A stretch of DNA of 64,000 bases from positions 128,001-192,000 of IMG/VR virus record IMGVR_UViG_3300011871_000002; one strand, written 5' to 3'. This stretch comes from a virus (taxonomy: Duplodnaviria; Caudoviricetes). Numbering within the stretch: the first letter of the stretch is position 1; the number at the start of each line of letters is the position of its first letter. The position numbers were made by a program, and so were the translations under genes. The notes under the pieces are model-generated. The model did no database searches. It was not told the DNA's origin and was given only the letters and a program-made list of their open reading frames with translations. Positions 55,921 to 64,000 of this stretch are shown piece after piece.

Positions 55921-58332
55921 ATGGAACAGAATAAGCAGCTTAAAGAAAATGCAGCCAAGCTGAGCCAGTATTTGGTGAATACCGGGATCAGTGAAGAAGA
56001 AGCAAAACGCCGCATCGACGCGTATTACGCAAAACAAACCACTGGTACTGCGTATTCGCGACCCAAAGCCGCCCAAGACATGAAATGGAAGTTGCGCTGG
56101 GAAGAACTCGATTATTTGGACTTCGCGATGCTCCTCCATATCTTCGGCGAAAGCGAAGAACAAATCAAAGCAATCATGGGCGATGGCGCCTCGAAAGAGG
56201 CTCTCGACAGCAGTCTCGAAAAAGGCCCGGTGCGTGACCCCCATCTGCAACCGGTGCATCACCTCGAAGTTCCCTACGGTCCGAATGGTTACCTGATCGC
56301 GTGGCACCTGTACCACGCACTGAAGGAACAAGGCGCTTCGCTGGAGCTGGCAGACGGCACCCCGGTACACCCGGCGGTGCTCGACAGCGTGCTGAAAGGC
56401 CCCGACGGCTTCGGCGACTGGGTCAGCACCCAGTTCACCATCGTGCTACCGGTGAGCCAGCCGATCAGCGAAAAGGCGGCGGAATTCAATGCCGCACAAG
56501 AAGCTGCCGCGCAGGCGTCCATCGCGCTCGAAGAAGCGCAAACGCATCACCAAGAAGCACTGGACAAGCTCAACGCCATGCTGGGTGTGGAGAAAGCATC
56601 GCCAGCAGCCCAAGGCGAGTCGGCTTTCGTTCCGACCCCCAAGCGCGAGCTGCTCAAGCATTACACCGCGTCGGACATGCGTAACAAGATCCTCTTGGAA
56701 GGAGAGGAGAAGTTCGCAGAACTATTTGGTGTGAGTAAGGCCGAAATCCACGCCTTTCTCCTCGCCTACAAGACGGGACTGCGACAGGTCATCGCAGCTG
56801 ACGGTACCTACCGTTCGGCAACCATTCCTGTCAATCCACTGGAGGGTTTCTTCGGTTACCTGATCTGGGAAAAAGGCACTCCGGAAGAATTGACGTTTGA
56901 CCTCTCCGGCCCCATCCGTGCGCATGACCGCGAAAAGCGCCGTAGCTATCTCGCATCACTCCCGTACGACCAAGTGCTGCACGAACATGCACGCATGAAC
57001 GGGTTTGGTTTCATGGAAAAATACGGTGTCTCATTGGGAGAGTACCAGGGCTTCGACGCGGCACGCCACACAGGGGTGCGTCAAGTGGTGTCACCCGATG
57101 GACAATCGCACCGCCCCATGTCATTATTAGGGGCAGGGAACGGGTTCTTTGACCATCTGGCGTGGGAGAAAGTCCATCCTGACGGATCGAAGTCCTTGGT
57201 CTTGCAGCGCGAACCAGTCGCCGGGTACATCGGCTATTCCGCAGGAATTTCAAATGTCCGTAGGACGTTGCTGAACGTGGATGGTGGCGACATCGGCCAA
57301 GAAGAAGCCGCGCGCCTGCTGGAGTCGTTCCAGAAGCTGCAACAGGAAACGGCCGGTGGTCCCTTTTTCATGTTGAAAAATCCGGAAGAAAAGGGTCCAG
57401 GCATGTTCGGCACTGTGGCAGGTGAAAAGTTCTTGGGCGAGGGCGATGATGTTCTGAGCAAAATGGACAAGCAAGCCGCGGCCCTAGAAGAGATCACTGC
57501 GGACGATCTTTACGCAGCCATCGTGAATGGCCCTGCGGAGAAGATCCAGGACGAGTTCGGCTTGGCTCCAGAAATCCAGCAGTATTTCGTGCGTGCTTAC
57601 CGCGTCGAGCTTCAATACACCATCAACTGCCACAAAGGTTGCGTGCTGGCCGACACGCGATCCTTGCCAAAGATGGTCGACGAGCCTTACAAGTTCGTTG
57701 ACTATATCCAACTCGTCCAGCACAGCGAGAGGGAGGAAGCAACAAAGGCGACGGCGGAACTATCGGCGCAGGTGCAGGAAGCAGTTACCGACGCGGCATC
57801 GGTAAAGGAAACGGTCGCAACTGTTCCACCAAAAGCTGGTCCGCTGGAGATGGTCGCGGCGAATGTAGACGTACTGGGTGAGGAAGTCACGCCGGAACAG
57901 CGGCGGGAGTATGTTGAAATGCTGATTTCTGCGCATCCTGAAATACTCAAGCATGTGTCTGATCTGGCAGGAAATCGGATCGCGCTGGGGCAAGTGCTGT
58001 ACGATGCGTTCTTTCACTTCTCCGTGTTCTTTGGTGACACGCTAATGCTGCGTCTGTTGGATAAATACAATACCAACATCATGGCTGGGGCGGTTCTGCT
58101 TAACTTCATGTCGAAATTCCCCCAAGTGTTGGCTGAAGCCGGTGGGTTCGATCTGGAGAAAAGGCGCATCCGGATGGATCTCTCCAAGGAAGAAAAAGAT
58201 GCTGTCGATGCTAGGCTGAATGACCGCGTCGTGACCCTCCTGCAAGACGCCAATCCGGGTGTCTGGACGCGCGAAGAAATCATTGCTGATTTCAACGGTG
58301 ACCAAGAAGCACCTGAGCAACCAAACCCGTAA
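55921..58332 (+). CDS. Large hypothetical protein with internal repeats
   Basis: 803 aa; repeated F...FGVS......F..A..TG.RQV...DG......GFF..L.WEK unit. Confidence 0.7.
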   Translation: MEQNKQLKENAAKLSQYLVNTGISEEEAKRRIDAYYAKQTTGTAYSRPKAAQDMKWKLRWEELDYLDFAMLLHIFGESEEQIKAIMGDGASKEALDSSLEKGPVRDPHLQPVHHLEVPYGPNGYLIAWHLYHALKEQGASLELADGTPVHPAVLDSVLKGPDGFGDWVSTQFTIVLPVSQPISEKAAEFNAAQEAAAQASIALEEAQTHHQEALDKLNAMLGVEKASPAAQGESAFVPTPKRELLKHYTASDMRNKILLEGEEKFAELFGVSKAEIHAFLLAYKTGLRQVIAADGTYRSATIPVNPLEGFFGYLIWEKGTPEELTFDLSGPIRAHDREKRRSYLASLPYDQVLHEHARMNGFGFMEKYGVSLGEYQGFDAARHTGVRQVVSPDGQSHRPMSLLGAGNGFFDHLAWEKVHPDGSKSLVLQREPVAGYIGYSAGISNVRRTLLNVDGGDIGQEEAARLLESFQKLQQETAGGPFFMLKNPEEKGPGMFGTVAGEKFLGEGDDVLSKMDKQAAALEEITADDLYAAIVNGPAEKIQDEFGLAPEIQQYFVRAYRVELQYTINCHKGCVLADTRSLPKMVDEPYKFVDYIQLVQHSEREEATKATAELSAQVQEAVTDAASVKETVATVPPKAGPLEMVAANVDVLGEEVTPEQRREYVEMLISAHPEILKHVSDLAGNRIALGQVLYDAFFHFSVFFGDTLMLRLLDKYNTNIMAGAVLLNFMSKFPQVLAEAGGFDLEKRRIRMDLSKEEKDAVDARLNDRVVTLLQDANPGVWTREEIIADFNGDQEAPEQPNP

Positions 58333-58337
58333 GGGTG

Positions 58338-58376
58338 CGGCATAAAAAAGAGAGGGGTGGCGCCCTCTCTTTTTTC
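58338..58376. terminator. Intrinsic terminator with CGGCATAAAA arm
   Basis: CGGCATAAAAAAGAGAGGGG-TGGCG-CCCTCTCTTTTTT. Confidence 0.8.
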
Positions 58377-58410
58377 TTTGTCACAATGTACGATTGTAAA
58401 TAATTGTGGG

Positions 58411-58420
58411 CACATATTAC
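58411..58420 (+). promoter_or_regulatory. Putative early promoter
   Basis: CACATATTAC, identical to 27684-27693. Confidence 0.6.
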
Positions 58421-58467
58421 GTCAATGAATCAGGTTCACAATCATTCATTTTCGTACAGGAGCAACT

Positions 58468-58884
58468 ATGACTACTACTACCCATCAAGTGTACAAAATG
58501 CGCATTCGCTTGGCGCGCATGAAGCTGGCCCACCTCATCCGCACTAGTGAAGACGCTGACGACATCACGATCGCCATCAGTGCCATTCATATCGCAGAGA
58601 AAGCGTGTGAAGAAGGGCGTTACGATGTGGTGCCGACTGTATTAAGTCTTGTCAGGACGAGGGCTAACAGGGCAGACAAGAAAGCAGAAGCGTCCTTCCA
58701 GAATCACATGCAGTTGTTCGATACGAGGCGCGACCAGTTACTTCGCGATACGTTCGACAGTGACAAGATGCAAGAAGACGTCGATAAGATTCTCGATGCC
58801 ATGAAAGTCATGATGCTGGCCAAAGATGCCAACCCCGTAATCATCATGCAGGTAGGGTACGAGCAACTGCTCACCCTGTCGTAA
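58468..58884 (+). CDS. Hypothetical protein
   Basis: AGGAG RBS. Confidence 0.6.
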   Translation: MTTTTHQVYKMRIRLARMKLAHLIRTSEDADDITIAISAIHIAEKACEEGRYDVVPTVLSLVRTRANRADKKAEASFQNHMQLFDTRRDQLLRDTFDSDKMQEDVDKILDAMKVMMLAKDANPVIIMQVGYEQLLTLS

Positions 58885-58914
58885 ACAAAGAAAAAAGAAA
58901 GAAGGATAAAGAAG

Positions 58915-59325
58915 ATGGTAACCAAGAAAAGCAAAGCGCCCAAGAACGCCGGCATCCGCCCGATCGTCACCAACTACTACGGCACCAGTGGTAAAACGCT
59001 GCTGTGGTATAACCGCGCCAAAGATGCAGGCCGCGCGATGGACTTAGCATTTAGCCACATGCGGCAAAACCACTACGGCGCATTTGTCGCAGAAATCTTT
59101 AACGAAGAGACGGGCGAACTCTTCGGCGTGATTATCCACAACGCCGCTGGCAAGATCGTCACGCTCTTTGAGAAAGACCCGGCCACCAAGATGGTCGTCA
59201 CGGACTTCGACGCGCAACTCGTCAAGGAAGTGCAAGAGACCCAGGCGCACGAGCTGGAGCTGATCAACCTGATCCTCAAAGAAAGTCGGCTCGAACAACG
59301 TATCCAGGAGAAAGCATATGGATGA
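58915..59325 (+). CDS. Hypothetical protein
   Basis: 136 aa. Confidence 0.6.
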   Translation: MVTKKSKAPKNAGIRPIVTNYYGTSGKTLLWYNRAKDAGRAMDLAFSHMRQNHYGAFVAEIFNEETGELFGVIIHNAAGKIVTLFEKDPATKMVVTDFDAQLVKEVQETQAHELELINLILKESRLEQRIQEKAYG

Positions 59326-60004
59326 GAAACTCAGTAAGGTACTGAAACGTCTTACCCAAAACGTCGAATTGGATATACCGTTGGTGGTAGCAGAAATGGT
59401 ACGGCGCCTGCGCTGGTCGATGGGTGAACTGAAGAAAGATGCAGAGAGTAAAGGCGGTTCGTTCGACTACGATTTGCATATCGCGCATACGCATGCAGCC
59501 AGTAAGATGAAGGGTGTCGACATCGTCGCGTTTCCTACCAATTCCAGTGTTGAAGAATTGGTGGCGTCGTACCCGTACCGTATGGTTCAACTCAGTGTGG
59601 CTGAAGACGAAGAGGACGTTCGTGATGTAATGGCGATGTTATTTCTCTTTGAAGAACAAGGTATAACCAGTGAATTCCATTATTTCATGGAAGACATGGG
59701 TAACCGGGCGCTCACTGAGAAAGACCATCTGAAAGACTTGGCGTTTAACGTCACCCGTCATGATTTGGTGGATTTACCTGAAAAGGTATTGGTTTTTTTT
59801 GTTGGCACCATTAATGCCACCAGAATAAAAGGAAAGGATTATGAAAAAGAACGAGGCTACCATTCAAAGTGGCATCGGCTTTCACACAGCCACGCAGGAC
59901 GCTGCAATGATTTACGATACCTCGCTGAATTTTCTGTCATCGCACTGTACCCATCAAGAACTGTTCCAGGACATCCGGAACCTGATGGACAGAGAATTCG
60001 ATAA
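59318..60004 (+). CDS. Hypothetical protein; true end possibly 59828 (T8 tract)
   Basis: AGGAG RBS; overlaps the next gene by 164 nt unless one T is removed from the T8 run at 59793-59800. Confidence 0.5.
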   Translation: MDEKLSKVLKRLTQNVELDIPLVVAEMVRRLRWSMGELKKDAESKGGSFDYDLHIAHTHAASKMKGVDIVAFPTNSSVEELVASYPYRMVQLSVAEDEEDVRDVMAMLFLFEEQGITSEFHYFMEDMGNRALTEKDHLKDLAFNVTRHDLVDLPEKVLVFFVGTINATRIKGKDYEKERGYHSKWHRLSHSHAGRCNDLRYLAEFSVIALYPSRTVPGHPEPDGQRIR

Positions 60005-60269
60005 GGCCGCGAGTAACTGGCAAAAGAACTGGGGCAGAAAAGTCACGCCGCGTTTCTTTACCCAAGTGCGGGTCTTTGACGCACACAAGGTGGCGTTGAT
60101 CAAAGTCGGTATGGTCACGCCCAATTTCATGGATGCATGGGTGAGGATCACCACCGTGACCGACATCTACTTAAGCCTCACGGAAGATGGCATGGTCACG
60201 GACATCGTCGAGCGCCCGGCAGTTATGAACCCGGCCAATGCGCGCCCTGTAGCGTGCGCTAAGTGGTAG
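59841..60269 (+). CDS. Hypothetical protein
   Basis: Strong AAGGA RBS, followed by a terminator. Confidence 0.6.
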   Translation: MKKNEATIQSGIGFHTATQDAAMIYDTSLNFLSSHCTHQELFQDIRNLMDREFDKAASNWQKNWGRKVTPRFFTQVRVFDAHKVALIKVGMVTPNFMDAWVRITTVTDIYLSLTEDGMVTDIVERPAVMNPANARPVACAKW

Positions 60270-60324
60270 AAGCGGCGCTACTTCGGTAGCGCCCTTTTAT
60301 GCCCGCCAATAAAGGAGAAAAGAA

Positions 60325-60951
60325 ATGGACAAGAAAAAAGAATGGTACGCCCGCAACGGCCACTTCTTGATCATGCGTGTCATTCCAAAAGACTGGGAAG
60401 AGCGCGAAGATGCGATCTACTACCGCACCATGCATCGCGACACAGTCAGCTTGATCAAAGAACTGGCTTTTCTGATCGGCGGTGGCGAGATGCTCGACAC
60501 GATGCGTGACTCAACCATGCGCAGTATCCGGTTCGCCAACAACGATCTCGCATCTCCGCGCCTGCGAGAACGACCCATCGTGACCTTCACCTTGCGAAAG
60601 AAAAGCGGTAAGGAGCATTTCGCGATTTTCTTGCACCCTGACGTGGACTTAGGTTACGTCTTCGGGCGTTACTATGGTTTTCCTGAGTGTTGCATCCGTG
60701 AGTTCTCTAAAGGGGAGAGCCACTATAAAACTCGTCAGTTTTGTGGCACTGGCTTTGTGCCTTGCGCGGCGTGCAATGAAAAGCCAGCGTGGAAAATCCT
60801 CAAGGATATCCGGGCGCGGCGTATCGCGCCTACTCCTTTCCCGGATGGCCACAAACACCCCACCCACACGCACCACCTGCTGGAAGTGTTGCTTAAAGTG
60901 ATCGACAACACCATCGATCCTTGTCAGGTGAAAAATACCCAGTCGCCGTAA
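60325..60951 (+). CDS. Hypothetical Cys-rich protein
   Basis: GRYYGFPECCI...GFVPCAAC. Confidence 0.6.
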   Translation: MDKKKEWYARNGHFLIMRVIPKDWEEREDAIYYRTMHRDTVSLIKELAFLIGGGEMLDTMRDSTMRSIRFANNDLASPRLRERPIVTFTLRKKSGKEHFAIFLHPDVDLGYVFGRYYGFPECCIREFSKGESHYKTRQFCGTGFVPCAACNEKPAWKILKDIRARRIAPTPFPDGHKHPTHTHHLLEVLLKVIDNTIDPCQVKNTQSP

Positions 60952-60969
60952 GTATGGGAGGAATACTGC

Positions 60970-61374
60970 ATGGAACCAAAAATCGTTGTACTAGATGTGG
61001 GTAAGAAACTGCATAACCTGCGCACCCAGTGTAGCCACAGCGCGGTGTACTTGGAAGACCATCCGAAAGAGATTTGCCAGCGCTTGTCGCAGTGCGTGAT
61101 GAGCCGCTTCAATCCTTACGGAGAACTCCTCGCCTACATCGCAGAACTCAAGCACGGCAAATACGTGCGCATGCCAGAAGAACAGCTGAACCGTTTGGTG
61201 GTGGCGGTGGGTGACTTGGGAGTGTCACTCATCCAGTCGATGGAACAAAGCCAGTTTTACCAGGGGGAACAAGACTTGCCGTATGCGTTTCAGCGTGCGA
61301 CGAAAAATGTCTTTGTACTGGAACGTCAACAGGAGCGACCATGGCAAAACCAGAAATCGTCATCCTCAATATGA
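60970..61374 (+). CDS. Paralogue-family protein
   Basis: PKIVVLD...LGVSLIQ...FY....LPY......VFVLER. Confidence 0.65.
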   Translation: MEPKIVVLDVGKKLHNLRTQCSHSAVYLEDHPKEICQRLSQCVMSRFNPYGELLAYIAELKHGKYVRMPEEQLNRLVVAVGDLGVSLIQSMEQSQFYQGEQDLPYAFQRATKNVFVLERQQERPWQNQKSSSSI

Positions 61375-61775
61375 CGGATGCGTTTGAGAAGTTCAATCGC
61401 GATGTGCGCCCGCTTGTCGCCAACCACAAGACCATTGTGGGTACCTCTAGCGACATCCTCCAGTGCGCCATGGAGCATCTTCTCGATAACTGTGAGCACT
61501 GGGATCGGGCTCTCCAGAGCATTTGTAAGAATGCAATGGGTGTCGTCGACCAGTTTCTTCCGAAGCACAGGAGTAACTCCGAAACGCGGCTCATGGTGTA
61601 CGAATCGATCTGTGTATTAGGGTTTGCACTCAAGCAAAAGGCGGAACAACACAACTTGGAGGAATTTGATGAATTTTACTACAGCGTCGATTCCTTTCAA
61701 CCGAATGGACTCGTCGTACTTAAACAGTGGTGGTCGTCCCACGACCGCTTTGAACCAGACCGTCCAGCAGCCTAA
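61341..61775 (+). CDS. Paralogue-family protein
   Basis: PEIVILN...LGFALKQK...Y......GLVVLK. Confidence 0.6.
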   Translation: MAKPEIVILNMTDAFEKFNRDVRPLVANHKTIVGTSSDILQCAMEHLLDNCEHWDRALQSICKNAMGVVDQFLPKHRSNSETRLMVYESICVLGFALKQKAEQHNLEEFDEFYYSVDSFQPNGLVVLKQWWSSHDRFEPDRPAA

Positions 61776-62145
61776 GGTTGTCATCCTCGACACTCGCGAC
61801 ATACTGGAGAGGTACCGGACTTATCATCTCAATAAGTTCTGGAACGATGATGGTGACCTCTTGGAAACGATCGTGCGTCAGTTGTTTGAACTATTCAAGG
61901 ATTGGGACACCATGCCGTTGTTTTTGGATGAGTTGTCGCAAGACTTGATCGACGCGCTTGGTATTACCAATCCTTTACCCAAACTTGCTTTGAGAAAAGC
62001 AGTGGCAGAATTGGCCCATGGGTTCATCAAGAAGATTGAGAATCATGACCTTCTCTGTAAAGCACCTTACGGTAATTATTTCTTCTACGATTACCGAGGC
62101 ATGCAGGGTTCGAACGTGGTGTTGGGTTCAATGTTTGGTATGTAA
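61750..62145 (+). CDS. Paralogue-family protein (start uncertain)
   Basis: PKVVILD...LAHGFIKKIENHDL...Y......NVVLG; TTG 61750 is the likely start. Confidence 0.55.
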   Translation: MNQTVQQPKVVILDTRDILERYRTYHLNKFWNDDGDLLETIVRQLFELFKDWDTMPLFLDELSQDLIDALGITNPLPKLALRKAVAELAHGFIKKIENHDLLCKAPYGNYFFYDYRGMQGSNVVLGSMFGM

Positions 62146-62161
62146 TTAATAGGGGGAGGGT

Positions 62162-62608
62162 ATGCTACCTACTTTACCTAAAATCATTATCTTTGATATT
62201 CGCCCTGAGTATCAAAGTTTTGTGAAACAAGCCAAACCGTTCTTGGAACAGAATGGTACGGACCCGCAAGCAATTGTGGAAGACTTGTGGGAAGCGATGT
62301 TTGATCAAGACACCGCTGATGAGCGTATGCTCGAAGTTGTGTGCGAGACGACGTACGACAAAGAAACCCACAATGTCGCAGCATCTGGCCCCTTCTTCAG
62401 CCATGTGCACGGCTTAGCGCAAAGCATTTACGACCGGGTCAATGGCCACGAACTCTACGAAGGGAGAGGTTACATTCCTTACAACTTGTCGCTGCGGGAA
62501 AATGGCTTACTCATCTTGGAGCGTGATGATGAGATCGAGAAAACCCAACAAGAGTGGTTGGTTCAGGAAGGCATGGCGGATGCACCTGAAGAACAAGATG
62601 TTGCGTAA
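62162..62608 (+). CDS. Paralogue-family protein
   Basis: PKIIIFD...LAQSIYDRV..HELY..RGYIPY......LLILER. Confidence 0.65.
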   Translation: MLPTLPKIIIFDIRPEYQSFVKQAKPFLEQNGTDPQAIVEDLWEAMFDQDTADERMLEVVCETTYDKETHNVAASGPFFSHVHGLAQSIYDRVNGHELYEGRGYIPYNLSLRENGLLILERDDEIEKTQQEWLVQEGMADAPEEQDVA

Positions 62609-62660
62609 GTATATGGGCATGACGCATTAAGAACCCATAGGACAGAAAGGAAAAATCTGT

Positions 62661-62792
62661 ATGAAATTGTTTCTCACCAAAATGCTGGAATGGACCATCG
62701 GCGCAGTCGTCGTGATGGCAGTGCTGTGCTTGGCAGCATGGACCGACACCGATAGCGTTAAAACGCCACCAGAGAGTGCGTATCAAGTCTAA
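62661..62792 (+). CDS. Small membrane protein (43 aa)
   Basis: AAGGA RBS; MKLFLTKMLEWTIGAVVVMAVLCLAAWTD... Confidence 0.5.
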   Translation: MKLFLTKMLEWTIGAVVVMAVLCLAAWTDTDSVKTPPESAYQV

Positions 62793-62879
62793 ACGGATAA
62801 GCCCACACTACCCCTACTCCTTACGGAAAAGGTGGTAGTGTGGGTGGTAATGCTTTTATGCCGTGCTTTCTTTTTTTGC

Positions 62880-64000
62880 CTATTTGGCGTTGAAGATCAT
62901 GCGCAGCGCCAGATACATGTTGTATTTGGCACCCTTGATCGAGCGAGCGACTTCGGCCTTAGCGGGGTTCTGGTAGCAGTGCACCAGATTGTTAAGGTAC
63001 TGCTCGACTTGTTTCACGCCTGCGCGCACAGCAGCAGCGTCTTCGCTTGGCATCTCGTTATCGATCGTATCCACCAAACGCACCAGTGCTTCGGACGCTT
63101 TGGCGGCCTCGATCAGGAAACGGCGACCGTTGGTGATGTAGCTGTCCACGTTGTCGAGATAGGTGAAGCCAGCTTTAATGGCATCTCCGATTTCGTTCGT
63201 GGTCATCTTGATCTTGGCCGAGGCGACAAAGTTGGCGATCATGCCGACGTAACCCGTGCCGTTGGCTGCCACTTTCATGGCGGTGTGGGTCCACTTACCA
63301 ACTTCCACCACCGTATCGGGCGTGGCCAGTTCAGCCAGACGGGAACGTGCTTTACCACCGATCTCATTGACCCGGCGACGGTCGCCGCGTTTGACGGTCA
63401 AGCCAGTGACTGACAGATACGGGTGGCCACCGATGTAACTCTGGTTAAACAGCTGCGCACCCGTCTTGAGGCGCTCGACGTCCTGGAAGAACTTCTCGGC
63501 GTCTTTCAGCGTACGCAGCTTACCGGCGCGGATGATGGCACCGAGCTTGGCCACAGCGCCAATGACTTCACCGCTGTAAGTCTTGAGGATGTAGGTCGAC
63601 AGTGCTACATCCTTGGCAATGGCTGAGGAGATGTCCTTGGTCTGGCCACGGTCGTTGCTGAAGTGGTACCATAGCTCCAGTAGGCTACCTTCGTGTTGGA
63701 CGTTTTCCCAGCTGCCGCTTTCCGTGCGGAATTCGCTTTCAGCATCGCTGAGCTTGTTGCGATACTTGCCGATCTGGCTGTGTGTTGAGCGGAAGAAGTC
63801 GGCCACGGCATTGAGACGGTGTTTGACGCCGAGCACGTTGGCTTGGTAATACTTGTTGAGGATGTCGCGAATGCCTTCGAGGGCGATTTCGTGCTGGCGG
63901 ACGATGTCCACGCCTTCCGATTCCAGGCTGACCGCATTGATCGGTGCGTGGATACGATTGAGCTGCTGCTCCACACCCAGACGCAAAGCAGTGAGCGTGC
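62880..64000 (-). CDS. Internal head protein-like; N-terminus lies beyond the window end
   Basis: Frame open to the window end; SLE and ALE maturation motifs before GIRDIL; convergent hairpin and T-tracts at 62801-62877. Confidence 0.6.
   Translation of the reverse strand, partial: TLTALRLGVEQQLNRIHAPINAVSLESEGVDIVRQHEIALEGIRDILNKYYQANVLGVKHRLNAVADFFRSTHSQIGKYRNKLSDAESEFRTESGSWENVQHEGSLLELWYHFSNDRGQTKDISSAIAKDVALSTYILKTYSGEVIGAVAKLGAIIRAGKLRTLKDAEKFFQDVERLKTGAQLFNQSYIGGHPYLSVTGLTVKRGDRRRVNEIGGKARSRLAELATPDTVVEVGKWTHTAMKVAANGTGYVGMIANFVASAKIKMTTNEIGDAIKAGFTYLDNVDSYITNGRRFLIEAAKASEALVRLVDTIDNEMPSEDAAAVRAGVKQVEQYLNNLVHCYQNPAKAEVARSIKGAKYNMYLALRMIFNAK

Noticed and set aside
1-64000. CRISPR arrays, tRNA/rRNA genes, integrase/transposase, reverse transcriptase (retron/DGR)
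   Set aside because: None recognised by eye; a tRNAscan/CRISPR scan would be needed to exclude them formally.

Overview
This 64 kb segment comes from a phiKZ-like (Chimalliviridae-type) jumbo phage. Its host-like nrdB and dcd suggest a Burkholderiales host, which is inference. 1-12.8 kb is a conserved virion block, including inner-head proteins rich in S/A/G-X-E maturation motifs. 12.9-24.5 kb is a tail-fibre/receptor-binding cassette with beta-helix and Ig-like domains. 24.5-62.8 kb is a + strand early/accessory region with nucleotide-metabolism genes (tmk, thyA, DHFR, nrdB, dcd), a BCS1-like AAA ATPase, Nudix, QueC-like, HAD and SLOG-like proteins, a Tad1-like anti-defence sponge, an RNAP alpha-CTD domain protein, a probable dead prohead-protease paralogue and a six-member paralogue family. 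Three features stand out. (1) An ORF-free ~700 nt region at 38262-38968, between the Tad1-like gene and nrdB, has nested long-range helices and a 12-bp pseudoknot, consistent with a large ornate ncRNA I cannot assign to a known family. (2) thyA is doubly invaded: an in-frame ~208-aa HNH-endonuclease-like insertion without intein motifs, plus a separate ORF-less 260-nt group IA2 intron (30825-31084). (3) A recurring early-promoter motif CACATAT(T/C/A)AC and a terminator-linked TTTATGCC motif. All family assignments come from recognising motifs by eye; no searches were run.
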